Assembly: GCA_023129235.1 (NCBI GenBank)
Contig: JAGMCN010000013.1
Span: 1 to 48,626 of the forward strand
DNA: 48,626 nucleotides
Direction: 5' to 3'
Source of the DNA: a candidate division WOR-3 bacterium
GTDB lineage: Bacteria > Hydrothermota > UBA3073 > JACQXS01
Shown: piece after piece, positions 16,516-25,261 of the stretch
Numbering within the stretch: position 1 is the stretch's first letter
How the letters are laid out: each line of letters opens with the position of its first letter
Translations under genes and position numbers: made by a program
The notes under the pieces: generated by a model
What the model was told of the DNA's origin: nothing
Seen by the model: the letters and a program-made list of their open reading frames with translations, nothing else
Databases searched by the model: none

Positions 16516-18900
16516 ATGGAGCATATTTTTCCGCATATTAGAAAACCCTTAAGGTATATAGGAAACGAGATTGGGGCAGTGCATAAAGATTGGACCAAAA
16601 CTCCTGTTAAATTTGCTCTTTCCTATCCGGACTTGTATGAACTTGGGATGAGTTGTCTTGGGGTGAGAATAATCTACTCGCTCTTAAATTCAAGAGGAGA
16701 TACGCTTTGTGAGCGAGTCTTTGCCCCAGCTCTTGACCTTGAAGAAGCACTGCTGAAGACAGATACTCCTCTTTTTTCTATGGAATCCGGCAACCCATTA
16801 AAGAAATTTGATTGCATTGGCTTTTCTTTGCAATATGAACTTACATTTACTAATGCCTTAAATATACTAAAGCTCTCGCAAGTCCCTATTCATAGAGAAG
16901 AGCGAGGCGAGACTGACCCTCTTATTATTGCTGGTGGGAGTTGCACCTCAAATCCAGCACCAATAGCAAGGTTCTTTGATTGCCTCTTTATAGGAGAAGC
17001 CGAACATTCGCTGCCAAAATTTATAGACCTTGTGCGAGAGCGGAAAAGCAAAAAACTAACTCGGCAGGAGCTACTTAAAGAAGCATCCCGGATACGAGGA
17101 ATCTTTGTTCCCGGGATTAGCAAAAAGGCAACTCGTGGCTTTTATGAGGAGCTACTGGATGACTTCGTCATCGGGGGGGCAATTCTCCCTTTTGTAGAAA
17201 TTACGCGTGATTCTCTCGTAGTTGAAATTGCAAGAGGGTGCACTCGTGGATGCAGATTCTGTCAAGCTGGTATGATTTCAAGACCTTACAAAGAAAGGCA
17301 AGCAAAGCAGGTGATAGAGATTGTTAAGGCGGGAATCAAGGAGACGGGCTATAGCACTGCCTCGCTTCTTTCTCTTTCTGCAAGCGACCATTCTGAACTG
17401 ATTCCAATAATTCAGGGAATTCGCAGACAGGGAATAGGAGTTTCACTTCCCTCACTTCGTGGAGATGCACTAACGGCTGAGCTTGCAAAATTGATAGGAA
17501 AAGGTGGAATAACTATTGCCCCTGAAACTGGGACCGAAAGGTTGAGAGGAAAAATAAATAAGCCAATATCTGACGACAAGATTTTAAATTCCTGCGAGAT
17601 TGCGGCTCGCAATGGCTTTACTCATATCAAATTATACTACATAATTGGACTGCCGGGAGAAACACAGCAAGACATAGATGGAATAGTGAACCTTACCCAC
17701 CGTATATCAAAGGTGATGAAAGGAAAGCGGATAAATGTAGCTCTTTCTCCTTTTGTCCCAAGACCCCATACGCCGTTTCAATGGGAAGCCCAAGAACGAG
17801 ATGAGGAGGTGGAACACAAAATACAATATATCAAGAACAAGCTACGACACGGGAATATGAGAGTAAAACATAGAAATCCCTTGATGGCTACGCTTGAAGG
17901 AATATTCGCAAGAGGAGACGAGAAAATAGCAGAGGCAATAGAAGTGGCGTGGGAAAATGGAGCAAAGTTCGATGGATGGGGCGACCAGTTTAACTTTAGC
18001 CATTGGGAGAAAGCGTTTCAGAAGCTTGATATAAATCCTTCCGCTTATTTAGGCAGGCGAGAGATAAAGTCTCCTCTCTCGTGGGATTTGATAGATGTGG
18101 GAGTTAAAAAAGACTGGCTAAAGGAGGAAGGGCAGAAGCAGGAACCAACTTTAGATTGCCGAATTGCAGGGTGTTATGAGTGTGGAGCTTGCAAGTCTCC
18201 TAATCCCGTGCCTATGCGTAGGGATGAGAGCGTTTTGACCTTGTCCCCACGGGATATAAGCTATGGAAGACCTCCAAAACGCAAAACATCAACTTATGTT
18301 AAGTTAAGATTTAGAGTAAGGTTTGAGAAGGCAGAGCCCTTGAGATTCTTGGGACACCTTGACCTTGTAAAGGCAATCACTCGGGCATTCAGGAGAGCAG
18401 ATATTCCAATTGTATATTCTCAAGGATTCACCAGGCGACCCAGCATTTCATTTTCTCCACCACTTCCGTTTGGGATAACGAGTAAGGAGGAATATTTTGA
18501 CATCTGGCTTGAATCACCTCCCCGCGAGGACATTAAGCTCTTGCTCAACCAGACTCTCCCCAAGGGACTTAAGGCATTACAAGTAACTTCAATATTAAAA
18601 AGCACTCCTTCTTTGTTTGAGGAGCTCAAGAAATGTAAATACAGGGTAGCCGATATAAGTGTGTCGGATGTCTTGAAAAGAATACAAGAATTTATGTCAA
18701 AGAAAGAAGTGTTGGTGCGAGAGATAAATATTCGCCCTGCGGTGATTGATATAGAGGAAGAAACGGCATTCGCAAACAGGAGTTTGCTCCTACATATGCA
18801 AATTGGGAAAGTAAAGCCCTGGTGGGTTATCGAATCCTTGCTTGGAATCTCTGAGGATAAGGCACTTGAGTTTAAAATAGAGAGGGTAGGGTATTGCTAA
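16516..18900 (+). CDS. B12-binding-like radical SAM protein fused to a DUF2344-type domain (TIGR03960 + TIGR03936 architecture)
   Basis: VEIARGCTRGCRFCQAG cluster motif. The C-terminal 200 aa (FLGHLDLVKAITRAFRRADIPIVYSQGFTRRPSISF) matches DUF2344. The ATG at 16516 is preferred because the upstream GTG lies inside the repeat. Confidence 0.85.
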   Translation: MEHIFPHIRKPLRYIGNEIGAVHKDWTKTPVKFALSYPDLYELGMSCLGVRIIYSLLNSRGDTLCERVFAPALDLEEALLKTDTPLFSMESGNPLKKFDCIGFSLQYELTFTNALNILKLSQVPIHREERGETDPLIIAGGSCTSNPAPIARFFDCLFIGEAEHSLPKFIDLVRERKSKKLTRQELLKEASRIRGIFVPGISKKATRGFYEELLDDFVIGGAILPFVEITRDSLVVEIARGCTRGCRFCQAGMISRPYKERQAKQVIEIVKAGIKETGYSTASLLSLSASDHSELIPIIQGIRRQGIGVSLPSLRGDALTAELAKLIGKGGITIAPETGTERLRGKINKPISDDKILNSCEIAARNGFTHIKLYYIIGLPGETQQDIDGIVNLTHRISKVMKGKRINVALSPFVPRPHTPFQWEAQERDEEVEHKIQYIKNKLRHGNMRVKHRNPLMATLEGIFARGDEKIAEAIEVAWENGAKFDGWGDQFNFSHWEKAFQKLDINPSAYLGRREIKSPLSWDLIDVGVKKDWLKEEGQKQEPTLDCRIAGCYECGACKSPNPVPMRRDESVLTLSPRDISYGRPPKRKTSTYVKLRFRVRFEKAEPLRFLGHLDLVKAITRAFRRADIPIVYSQGFTRRPSISFSPPLPFGITSKEEYFDIWLESPPREDIKLLLNQTLPKGLKALQVTSILKSTPSLFEELKKCKYRVADISVSDVLKRIQEFMSKKEVLVREINIRPAVIDIEEETAFANRSLLLHMQIGKVKPWWVIESLLGISEDKALEFKIERVGYC

Positions 18901-18909
18901 CTCCATTTT

Positions 18910-19073
18910 AACCACGAATTATCCGAAGGATCCATATGGACACGAAAAAGATTAGCACACAGATTCACACAGATTAAAAAGATAATCACAGATTGCAGAA
19001 AAGATTAACCACAAAGGCACAAAGATTGGAGATTAAGGGTTTAAAGGTTCAGGGGTTCAAGGGGTTAGGAGTT
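18910..19073. repeat. Half palindromic element (left arm only) plus AACCACAAAG word and G-rich octamer array
   Basis: Sequence reads aaccacgaattatccgaaggatccatatggacacgaaaaagattagcacacagattcacacagatt..., then aaccacaaaggcacaaag, then gggtttaa aggttcag gggttcaa ggggttag gagtt. Confidence 0.7.
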
Positions 19074-19111
19074 TTGCGGAGATAAAAGGTTGGAGCGAGG
19101 GGGTCACAAGC

Positions 19112-21301
19112 TCAGGGTATTATGCGGATTACTTTCTTTGTTAGCTTATGAGCGGCTGTTGTGAGGGTTGCAAAATAGATGCCTGTCCCTAATTCTTTCG
19201 TATCCCAGTCTATCTTGTAACATCCCGGCTCTTTCTTTCCATTAACTAAAGTTTTTACACATCTTCCCGCAATATCATAAATCTTTAAAGAGATATGCTG
19301 TCTATTGGGTATGGAATACTGTATGCAGGTTTTCTGAATAAACGGATTAGGGTAAACTTCTAATTTTGCATTTTGCACTTTGTGTTTTGTGCTTTCTTCC
19401 ACTCCAGGAGTGTCATCTTGAAGCACCCACACCACCCCATCCTCATAACAGGTAACATAAACTCTGTTAGGAGTTGAATCTACAGCAATCCCATAAGGGG
19501 TATTCCCAACTGTTACTACTTGTATTACTCTGTCGTCCTTGCCATTGATAACAGAAATATCATTACTACCCTTGTTCGCTACATAAATGCGATTAGTCTT
19601 TGGATTGACGGTAACGCGGTGAGGGTACTTTCCGACTGGCACCTCAGCTGTTATAAAATTAAGTTCTCCGTCAATTACAGAAACAATACCATCCTTTATG
19701 TTATGAGTTACATAGAGCTTATCGGTGACAGGATTAACACAAATATCATAAGGACTGGAATTAACTGCTAATACAGATATTATTGAATCAGTCTCTCCGT
19801 CGATTGCATAAATACTGTTGCCATCGCTGTTTATTACATAGATATAATTAATATTGGGATTAACAAAGACTCTTTGAGGGTCACAAGCTAATGCTATTGT
19901 ATCTATAATTGAATAATTGCTCCGGTCAAGGACCAACAATCCGGAAATAGGATATCCCTTTGTTACATAAATACGGTTAGTATTTGGATTTACAGAAACA
20001 TCCTCGGTCTTTCCGTCCATTTTTATTATATCTGTAACATAATTAGTTAAACCATCTATTACTGACATTCTACCACCCCGCCCATGTGTAACATAAATTC
20101 TATTAGCGTCTGAGTCAACGCAGACATTGTGAGGGTTATAGTTAAGAATTATTGTATCCTTAACTGAACGGGCTATTTCACCAATTACAAAAATCTTGTT
20201 CTCTTCAACTGCCGCATAAACATTAAAAGTGTTTAGATTAATAGAAATGGCAGTAGGATGAAGAATCCCAAGAGGCACAACAGTTTCTACTGAGTTAGTT
20301 GCTCCATCAATAATATAAATATCATTAGTCCCGTAGTTTGTCACATAAATGTGATTAGTCTTTTGATTAATCAAAACATCCCAGGGTTTACCACCAATCG
20401 GCATTGCATCCACAATACCATTCGTTGCTCCATCAATGACATAAACTTTACCATCTCCACCACTCGCCACATAGATGCGATTAGTAGTGGGATTCACGGA
20501 AATATTCTGTAGATAAAAACCCACTTCCAATGTATCAACAATAGAATTGGTTGCTCCATCAATTACAGAAATATTATGATAACCTCCCCAACCATGGTAA
20601 TGTGACACATAAATACGGTTGGTATTTGGATTCACAGAAATACCATAAGGATTGCATCCAACTGGTATTGAATCTACAACCAAATTAGTCGTCTCGTCAA
20701 TCACAGAGATTTTACCATCAGGATTATTCCTGTGTGCTACATAGATTTGGTTAGTATTGGGATTTCTGGCAATACCACAAACTGCGCCCTTAACTATTAT
20801 CGTGTCTATCAGACTGTTAGTGGTTGCATCAATTACAGCAATCCTTCCGCTATAAACAGCTACATAAATACGATTAGTAGTTGCGTCAAATATAATTCCC
20901 TTAGGCCCATTACCCACTACAATTGTATCTATAACCAAATTGCTTATTCCATCAATAATAAGGACCTCGTCATCTTTGGTGCCGTATTCGGAGCCAGTCG
21001 TTACGTAAACAAAATGTGTATTCGGATTTACACAGAGATAATTAGGATATACCCCTAACGGGATTAATGCTACAATCTCATTACTTGCTCTATCAATCAC
21101 AGAAATATTCTTGCTGATATAGTTTGCCACATAAATGCGGTTAAGGACCGTGTCTACGGCAATACCCTTTGGAGAACTGGCGTTTCCAATTCTTGGACCT
21201 ATCTGTATAGTATACATAACTACAAGTTTTGCTTTTAGCTCTAAAGCAAAAAAAACAGACAAAATACTTAAAGTTGCTTTTAGACTTTTCTTCATCCTCA
21301 T
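19112..21301 (-). CDS. YVTN-family beta-propeller repeat protein with T9SS C-terminal sorting domain
   Basis: 729 aa with a signal peptide and about 14 repeats ending in N-R-I-Y-V-type motifs. The C-terminus (VYPNPF...LKIYDIAGR...GIYFATL) is a T9SS type A CTD. Confidence 0.85.
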   Translation of the reverse strand: MRMKKSLKATLSILSVFFALELKAKLVVMYTIQIGPRIGNASSPKGIAVDTVLNRIYVANYISKNISVIDRASNEIVALIPLGVYPNYLCVNPNTHFVYVTTGSEYGTKDDEVLIIDGISNLVIDTIVVGNGPKGIIFDATTNRIYVAVYSGRIAVIDATTNSLIDTIIVKGAVCGIARNPNTNQIYVAHRNNPDGKISVIDETTNLVVDSIPVGCNPYGISVNPNTNRIYVSHYHGWGGYHNISVIDGATNSIVDTLEVGFYLQNISVNPTTNRIYVASGGDGKVYVIDGATNGIVDAMPIGGKPWDVLINQKTNHIYVTNYGTNDIYIIDGATNSVETVVPLGILHPTAISINLNTFNVYAAVEENKIFVIGEIARSVKDTIILNYNPHNVCVDSDANRIYVTHGRGGRMSVIDGLTNYVTDIIKMDGKTEDVSVNPNTNRIYVTKGYPISGLLVLDRSNYSIIDTIALACDPQRVFVNPNINYIYVINSDGNSIYAIDGETDSIISVLAVNSSPYDICVNPVTDKLYVTHNIKDGIVSVIDGELNFITAEVPVGKYPHRVTVNPKTNRIYVANKGSNDISVINGKDDRVIQVVTVGNTPYGIAVDSTPNRVYVTCYEDGVVWVLQDDTPGVEESTKHKVQNAKLEVYPNPFIQKTCIQYSIPNRQHISLKIYDIAGRCVKTLVNGKKEPGCYKIDWDTKELGTGIYFATLTTAAHKLTKKVIRIIP

Positions 21302-21304
21302 CCT

Positions 21305-22198
21305 TTAAAGTTTTATAATTTTACGTAAAAACTTCCTTCCACTTATTTTAAATCTCACAAAATATACTCCTGTAGCCACCGATTTCCCGCTCTTGTCCTT
21401 TCCATCCCAAATAACTTGATTAGCCTCGTCGTTCAAATTAAGGGTTTCTTTAATAACTTTACCCGAGAGATCATAAATTGTTATTTGAGGTGATTCCCGT
21501 TCGCCACTTCCTAAAGAGTAACGAATGAATACGCTATTCCTAAATGGATTAGGAGATACCTCAAATTTAAATGGTTTGTTCCTTTCTTCCTCTTCCATCC
21601 CTACCTCCGTTCCTGATATATAAGCATCATCAATCCAAAACCACACATATGCACCTGCATCACTAATATCACCGCTACCTGCCCGGGTTGAGGCACAAAA
21701 TTTGATGCCACTCACTCTATCGGAAGCCCCAAATATTTTCCCCCATTTTGTCCAAATTAGATTATTTCCGGAAGTAGACCATTGACTTACCCACTCATTA
21801 TTTATCTTCACAAAAATATCTACAGACCAACTTGCCCGAAATGAGGCCTGACCATACCGATCCCCACCATTTTTAAAATAAACCATGCAGGTACAATTTA
21901 TTACAGGCGTTATTTCCTGAAATACACGAGCTCCTGCAGAAGCTGACCTTGGATAATCAAAATGATACCCTGCTCCTGCAGTGGCAAATAATTTACAGCT
22001 ACGAGGAAATGAATGACAGCACGTGTCCGGCGAGGCATCAACGCTTGCACCAGCGCCCTCAGTACTACTTGAAGATGTATCAATTGTCCAGCTTGTATCC
22101 CAGGGAGCTTCGTCAAAGCCGGGGTTAATTAAAAGGTTCTCGGTAACCGCAGTAATGGGAAAAACAACTAATCCTACAAGAAATAATAGTTTTTGCAT
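21305..22198 (-). CDS. Secreted CBM4/9-like jelly-roll protein with T9SS C-terminal sorting domain
   Basis: 297 aa. It has a signal peptide, an NLLINPGFDE opening typical of carbohydrate-binding modules, and the CTD VSPNPF...ITIYDLSGK...GVYFVRF. Confidence 0.7.
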   Translation of the reverse strand: MQKLLFLVGLVVFPITAVTENLLINPGFDEAPWDTSWTIDTSSSSTEGAGASVDASPDTCCHSFPRSCKLFATAGAGYHFDYPRSASAGARVFQEITPVINCTCMVYFKNGGDRYGQASFRASWSVDIFVKINNEWVSQWSTSGNNLIWTKWGKIFGASDRVSGIKFCASTRAGSGDISDAGAYVWFWIDDAYISGTEVGMEEEERNKPFKFEVSPNPFRNSVFIRYSLGSGERESPQITIYDLSGKVIKETLNLNDEANQVIWDGKDKSGKSVATGVYFVRFKISGRKFLRKIIKL

Positions 22199-22218
22199 AT
22201 CGGCGTTGCCTTTTATTA

Positions 22219-22247
22219 TATATACTTCAAAACTTTGATTTTGTCAA
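22219..22247 (-). promoter_or_regulatory. Putative sigma70 promoter (TTGACA-17-TATATA) for the T9SS cargo pair
   Basis: On the minus strand, -35 is at 22242-22247 and -10 at 22219-22224. Confidence 0.45.
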
Positions 22248-22260
22248 GAAGAAACTGCTA

Positions 22261-22338
22261 CAGAGGACACGGAAAAGATTAGCACACAGATTCACACAGT
22301 TTGGGAGTTTAAGGAGTTGAGGAGTTAGGGAGTTAGAG
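22261..22338. repeat. Partial left-arm element with 19-mer core followed by an (RGGAGTTR)x4 octamer array
   Basis: Sequence reads gacacggaaaagattagcacacagattcacacag, then ggagttta aggagttg aggagtta gggagtta gag. The last unit overlaps the gpsA stop codon. Confidence 0.55.
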
Positions 22339-23304
22339 TTTTTCGGGTTTGGGGTCGCGGGTCATTAAATCTCGGATCCCATCACGAGGGGGTTTGCCAT
22401 TAAAAAGAATCGCATATACCTCACGGGTTATCGGCATAGGGACTTTGTGTTTCTCAGATAATTTAACTGCGGCTTGTGTAGTAGAAACCCCTTCTGCTAC
22501 CTCAACCATTCCGTTGAGAATCTCGCGAAGCGTTTTTCCTTGTCCTATTTGCTCTCCTACCTGTCGGTTTCTTGAGTCCTTGCTAAACGATGTAGTAATG
22601 AGGTCTCCTATTCCAGAGAGTCCTGCAAATGTCAGAGGGTCTGCACCCATCTGGGCTCCAAGCCGTGTGATTTCCCTTATTCCTCTGGTGAGTAAAGCTC
22701 CTTTTGTATTTACTCCAAGCCCCAGTCCGTCGCAAATTCCAGCAGCAAGAGCGATAACATTTTTTAACGCCCCGCCAAGCTCAACTCCAAGAACATCTGT
22801 GCTCGTGTAAACCCTAAAAGCAGGAGAGCTAAATAATTTCTGGACAACCTTTGCAGAGTCCTCATTGGCAGAAGCACACACGCAGGAAGCAGGAATTCCT
22901 CGCACAACCTCTCTTGCAATATTCGGTCCGGAGAGGACGCAAATTTTATCAGGAGAGACCCCTGTTTCAAGTTCCAAAATCTCCGACATCCTTTCAAGCG
23001 TTGGTGTTTCAATGCCCTTAGCCACAGATAAAAGTATGGTATGGGATTCGGGGGACACTTCTTGAGTCACTTCTCGCATAGCTTGAGAGGGTAAGGCAAA
23101 AACAAGGAGTTTTGAACCAGCTATGGTTTCTTTAAGGTCCGTTGTAATGTTGACATTTGGGGGGATTTTATAGCTCGGGAGATATTTCTTGTTTTCCCTG
23201 CCCTCTATTTTTTCTATAGTCCATAAGGTCACGGGGATTTTATTACTTAGCATAATAGCTAAAGTAGTTCCCCAGTTCCCGGCGCCAAGAATGGAAACTT
23301 TCAT
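22333..23304 (-). CDS. gpsA: NAD(P)H-dependent glycerol-3-phosphate dehydrogenase
   Basis: 323 aa with MKVSILGAGNWGTTLA (Rossmann fold), the GALKNVIA motif, and GEQIGQGK. Confidence 0.95.
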   Translation of the reverse strand: MKVSILGAGNWGTTLAIMLSNKIPVTLWTIEKIEGRENKKYLPSYKIPPNVNITTDLKETIAGSKLLVFALPSQAMREVTQEVSPESHTILLSVAKGIETPTLERMSEILELETGVSPDKICVLSGPNIAREVVRGIPASCVCASANEDSAKVVQKLFSSPAFRVYTSTDVLGVELGGALKNVIALAAGICDGLGLGVNTKGALLTRGIREITRLGAQMGADPLTFAGLSGIGDLITTSFSKDSRNRQVGEQIGQGKTLREILNGMVEVAEGVSTTQAAVKLSEKHKVPMPITREVYAILFNGKPPRDGIRDLMTRDPKPEKL

Positions 23305-23609
23305 TGTAATAGTTCAGTTTAAATATCCGCACATAGATATTACACGCCCGCCCCGACTATGCGGGAGACAAAACAGATTACCACGGGAGGAAATCAATTT
23401 TGTGCTACTCTCGTGCAAATCTCGTGGTCTACAGAAGGAATATAACCCAAGAATTTTTTTTGTCAAATAAAAATTTTTTCTCTTGACACTTCTAAACTTA
23501 CCTTGTTAGTCTCAAAAGAGGCAAGAAAAATGAATGTTAATAAGTTGACAGACGTGACGGGGCAAGCCCCTGCCGTCCTGCCAGGCAAGGGATTGGGGAT
23601 GTCAAGGGA

Positions 23610-23630
23610 TGTGGACAACTCTGTTGATAA
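23610..23630. promoter_or_regulatory. Two adjacent DnaA-box-like 9-mers upstream of dnaA
   Basis: tgtggacaa (23610-23618; reverse complement TTGTCCACA) and tgttgataa (23622-23630; reverse complement TTATCAACA). Each is one mismatch from TTATCCACA. Confidence 0.5.
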
Positions 23631-23675
23631 TTCAGAGGGCTTTAATCATAAGAGATTGAAAAACAATTAGTTAAG

Positions 23676-24992
23676 ATGTTAAATGGTGCGAAGAATTTGT
23701 GGGAAGAAGTGCTTGGCCAAATAAAGCCCAAGATTCCTTCCCAGAATTACGAAACATGGCTTGAGCCAACAGAGGGTGAAACGCTTACTCAAAATACTCT
23801 CTGGGTTAGAGTCCCAAACGCTTTTTTTATAGATTGGATTGAGGAGCATTATCACACGAGTATTTACGAAATATTGGGGACCCTAAATCAGGAGCATTTA
23901 AAGGTTAAGTATAAGTCTGTCGAAGGAGGGAAAGAGAAGAGTGTTCCGAGTAGAGTTTATCAGCCGGACTCATCTCATCTACAACCGAGATATACTTTTG
24001 ATAACTTTATTATAGGTGAATCCAACAACTTTGCTCGAGCGGCATCGCTTGCTGTAGCCAAAACCCCGGGCAGGCAATATAACCCACTTTTTATTTACGG
24101 AAGCGTGGGACTTGGCAAAACACACTTGCTTCAAGCGGTTGGGAATTATATAAAAGAACATTTTTCTGGATTGAAAGTATATTACCTTGGTTGCGAAGAA
24201 TTTATGACTGAGATGATAGATGCTATTCAGATAAATAGAGTGGTGCAATTTAAAAATAAATATCGGAGAAAAGATGCTCTCTTAATAGATGACATTCAAT
24301 TTCTTGAGGGAAAAGAGGGGTTGCAAGAAGAGATTTTTCATACTTTTAATGCTTTATATGATGAAGGGAAGCAAGTTATTTTTTCATCGGATAGACCACC
24401 AGGAGCGTTAGCAAATCTTGAGGAGAGGCTTGTCTCAAGATTTCAGGGAGGCCTTGTTTGTGATATAAAGCCTCCGTCCTTTGAGACGAGGATAGCAATT
24501 TTAAAGAGAAAAGCGTCTTTGGCGGAGGTGCAAGTGTCTGATGAGGTTATTTCATTCATTGCAACCGAGATAAGAGGTAACATTCGGGAACTTGAAGGAG
24601 CTCTTATTAAATTATTTGCTTTTGCTTCGCTTACTAATGGAGTTATAGATATTGAGAGGGCAAGAGAACTTTTGCGTGATTTGCTTTCAAGGAATGGCCG
24701 CGAAGTAACTATGGGGAAAATTCAGCAGGTCGTGGCAAATCATTATAATATTTCATTAGCCAGTATGAGAGGAAAGCGTAGAATGCAATCTATTGTGCTC
24801 CCAAGAGATGTGGCAATATATTTATCAAGAGAATATACGACATCCTCATTAAAAGAAATAGGAAAAACTTTTGGCGGAAGAGACCACACTACCATAATTC
24901 ATGCTTATAACAAGATAAAAAAATTATTAAACAGAAACAACGAACTCTCCGAAGAAGTTAATAACATCGTAAAGTTAATAACCTGTTCCTAA
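23676..24992 (+). CDS. dnaA: Chromosomal replication initiator protein DnaA
   Basis: 438 aa with Walker A (GSVGLGKTHLLQA), LLIDDIQFL, sensor motifs, and the C-terminal DNA-binding domain (GGRDHTTIIHAYNKI). Confidence 0.95.
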   Translation: MLNGAKNLWEEVLGQIKPKIPSQNYETWLEPTEGETLTQNTLWVRVPNAFFIDWIEEHYHTSIYEILGTLNQEHLKVKYKSVEGGKEKSVPSRVYQPDSSHLQPRYTFDNFIIGESNNFARAASLAVAKTPGRQYNPLFIYGSVGLGKTHLLQAVGNYIKEHFSGLKVYYLGCEEFMTEMIDAIQINRVVQFKNKYRRKDALLIDDIQFLEGKEGLQEEIFHTFNALYDEGKQVIFSSDRPPGALANLEERLVSRFQGGLVCDIKPPSFETRIAILKRKASLAEVQVSDEVISFIATEIRGNIRELEGALIKLFAFASLTNGVIDIERARELLRDLLSRNGREVTMGKIQQVVANHYNISLASMRGKRRMQSIVLPRDVAIYLSREYTTSSLKEIGKTFGGRDHTTIIHAYNKIKKLLNRNNELSEEVNNIVKLITCS

Positions 24993-25164
24993 TTTTTTAG
25001 TGTGGAAAACTTGGTATCTCCCAACACAGTTATTAACACTTTTATCGTTCCTAAAACATAATCCCTATACCCTTTTATATAACTTATTAACTTATCCACA
25101 TTACCTATTACAACACATTATTCTTTATTATAATCTTTATCCTTAATATTTGGGGAAAACTTTA
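24993..25164. promoter_or_regulatory. Candidate oriC segment (DnaA boxes plus AT-rich tract)
   Basis: One perfect TTATCCACA at 25092-25100. TGTGGAAAA at 25001-25009 is one mismatch in reverse orientation. Two-mismatch boxes occur near 25030 and 25137. The remainder is very AT-rich. Confidence 0.5.
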
Positions 25165-25260
25165 TTATTTAGGTCTAAGGGCTTTATAGAGGAAATATCC
25201 TAATCCTCCATAAAGTACTATACATCCAAATATGAGCATTATTATTGCAGAAATAGGCAT
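25165..25260 (-). CDS. Possible 31-aa hydrophobic micro-protein (MPISAIIMLIFGCIVLYGGLGYFLYKALRPK)
   Basis: The ATG lies 1 nt after the tsf stop. It has a single TM-like segment with a basic tail. It is not in the ORF track because it is under 60 aa. Confidence 0.25.
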   Translation of the reverse strand: MPISAIIMLIFGCIVLYGGLGYFLYKALRPK

Positions 25261-25261
25261 A

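Noticed and set aside
18901-19111. Possible CRISPR array, given the many short repeated units in intergenic DNA
   Set aside because: The units are 7-9 nt and directly abutting or mirrored. There are no 25-40-nt constant repeats separated by unique spacers, and no cas genes are in the window.
22349-22810. 153-aa + strand ORF antisense to gpsA (and similar antisense ORFs at 5735-6142, 9880-10212, 13655-13966, 20732-21058, 29373-29726, 40623-40955, 48025-48561)
   Set aside because: They lie entirely inside, and antisense to, strongly supported genes. They have no family resemblance and odd composition, and are typical shadow ORFs.
23520-23600. GC-rich hairpin-like segment (gacggggcaagcccctgccgtc) upstream of dnaA as a tRNA or small RNA
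   Set aside because: It is too short, has no cloverleaf and no T-loop (GTTCRANNC) or anticodon-arm features. It may just be a local stem within the repeat-rich region.
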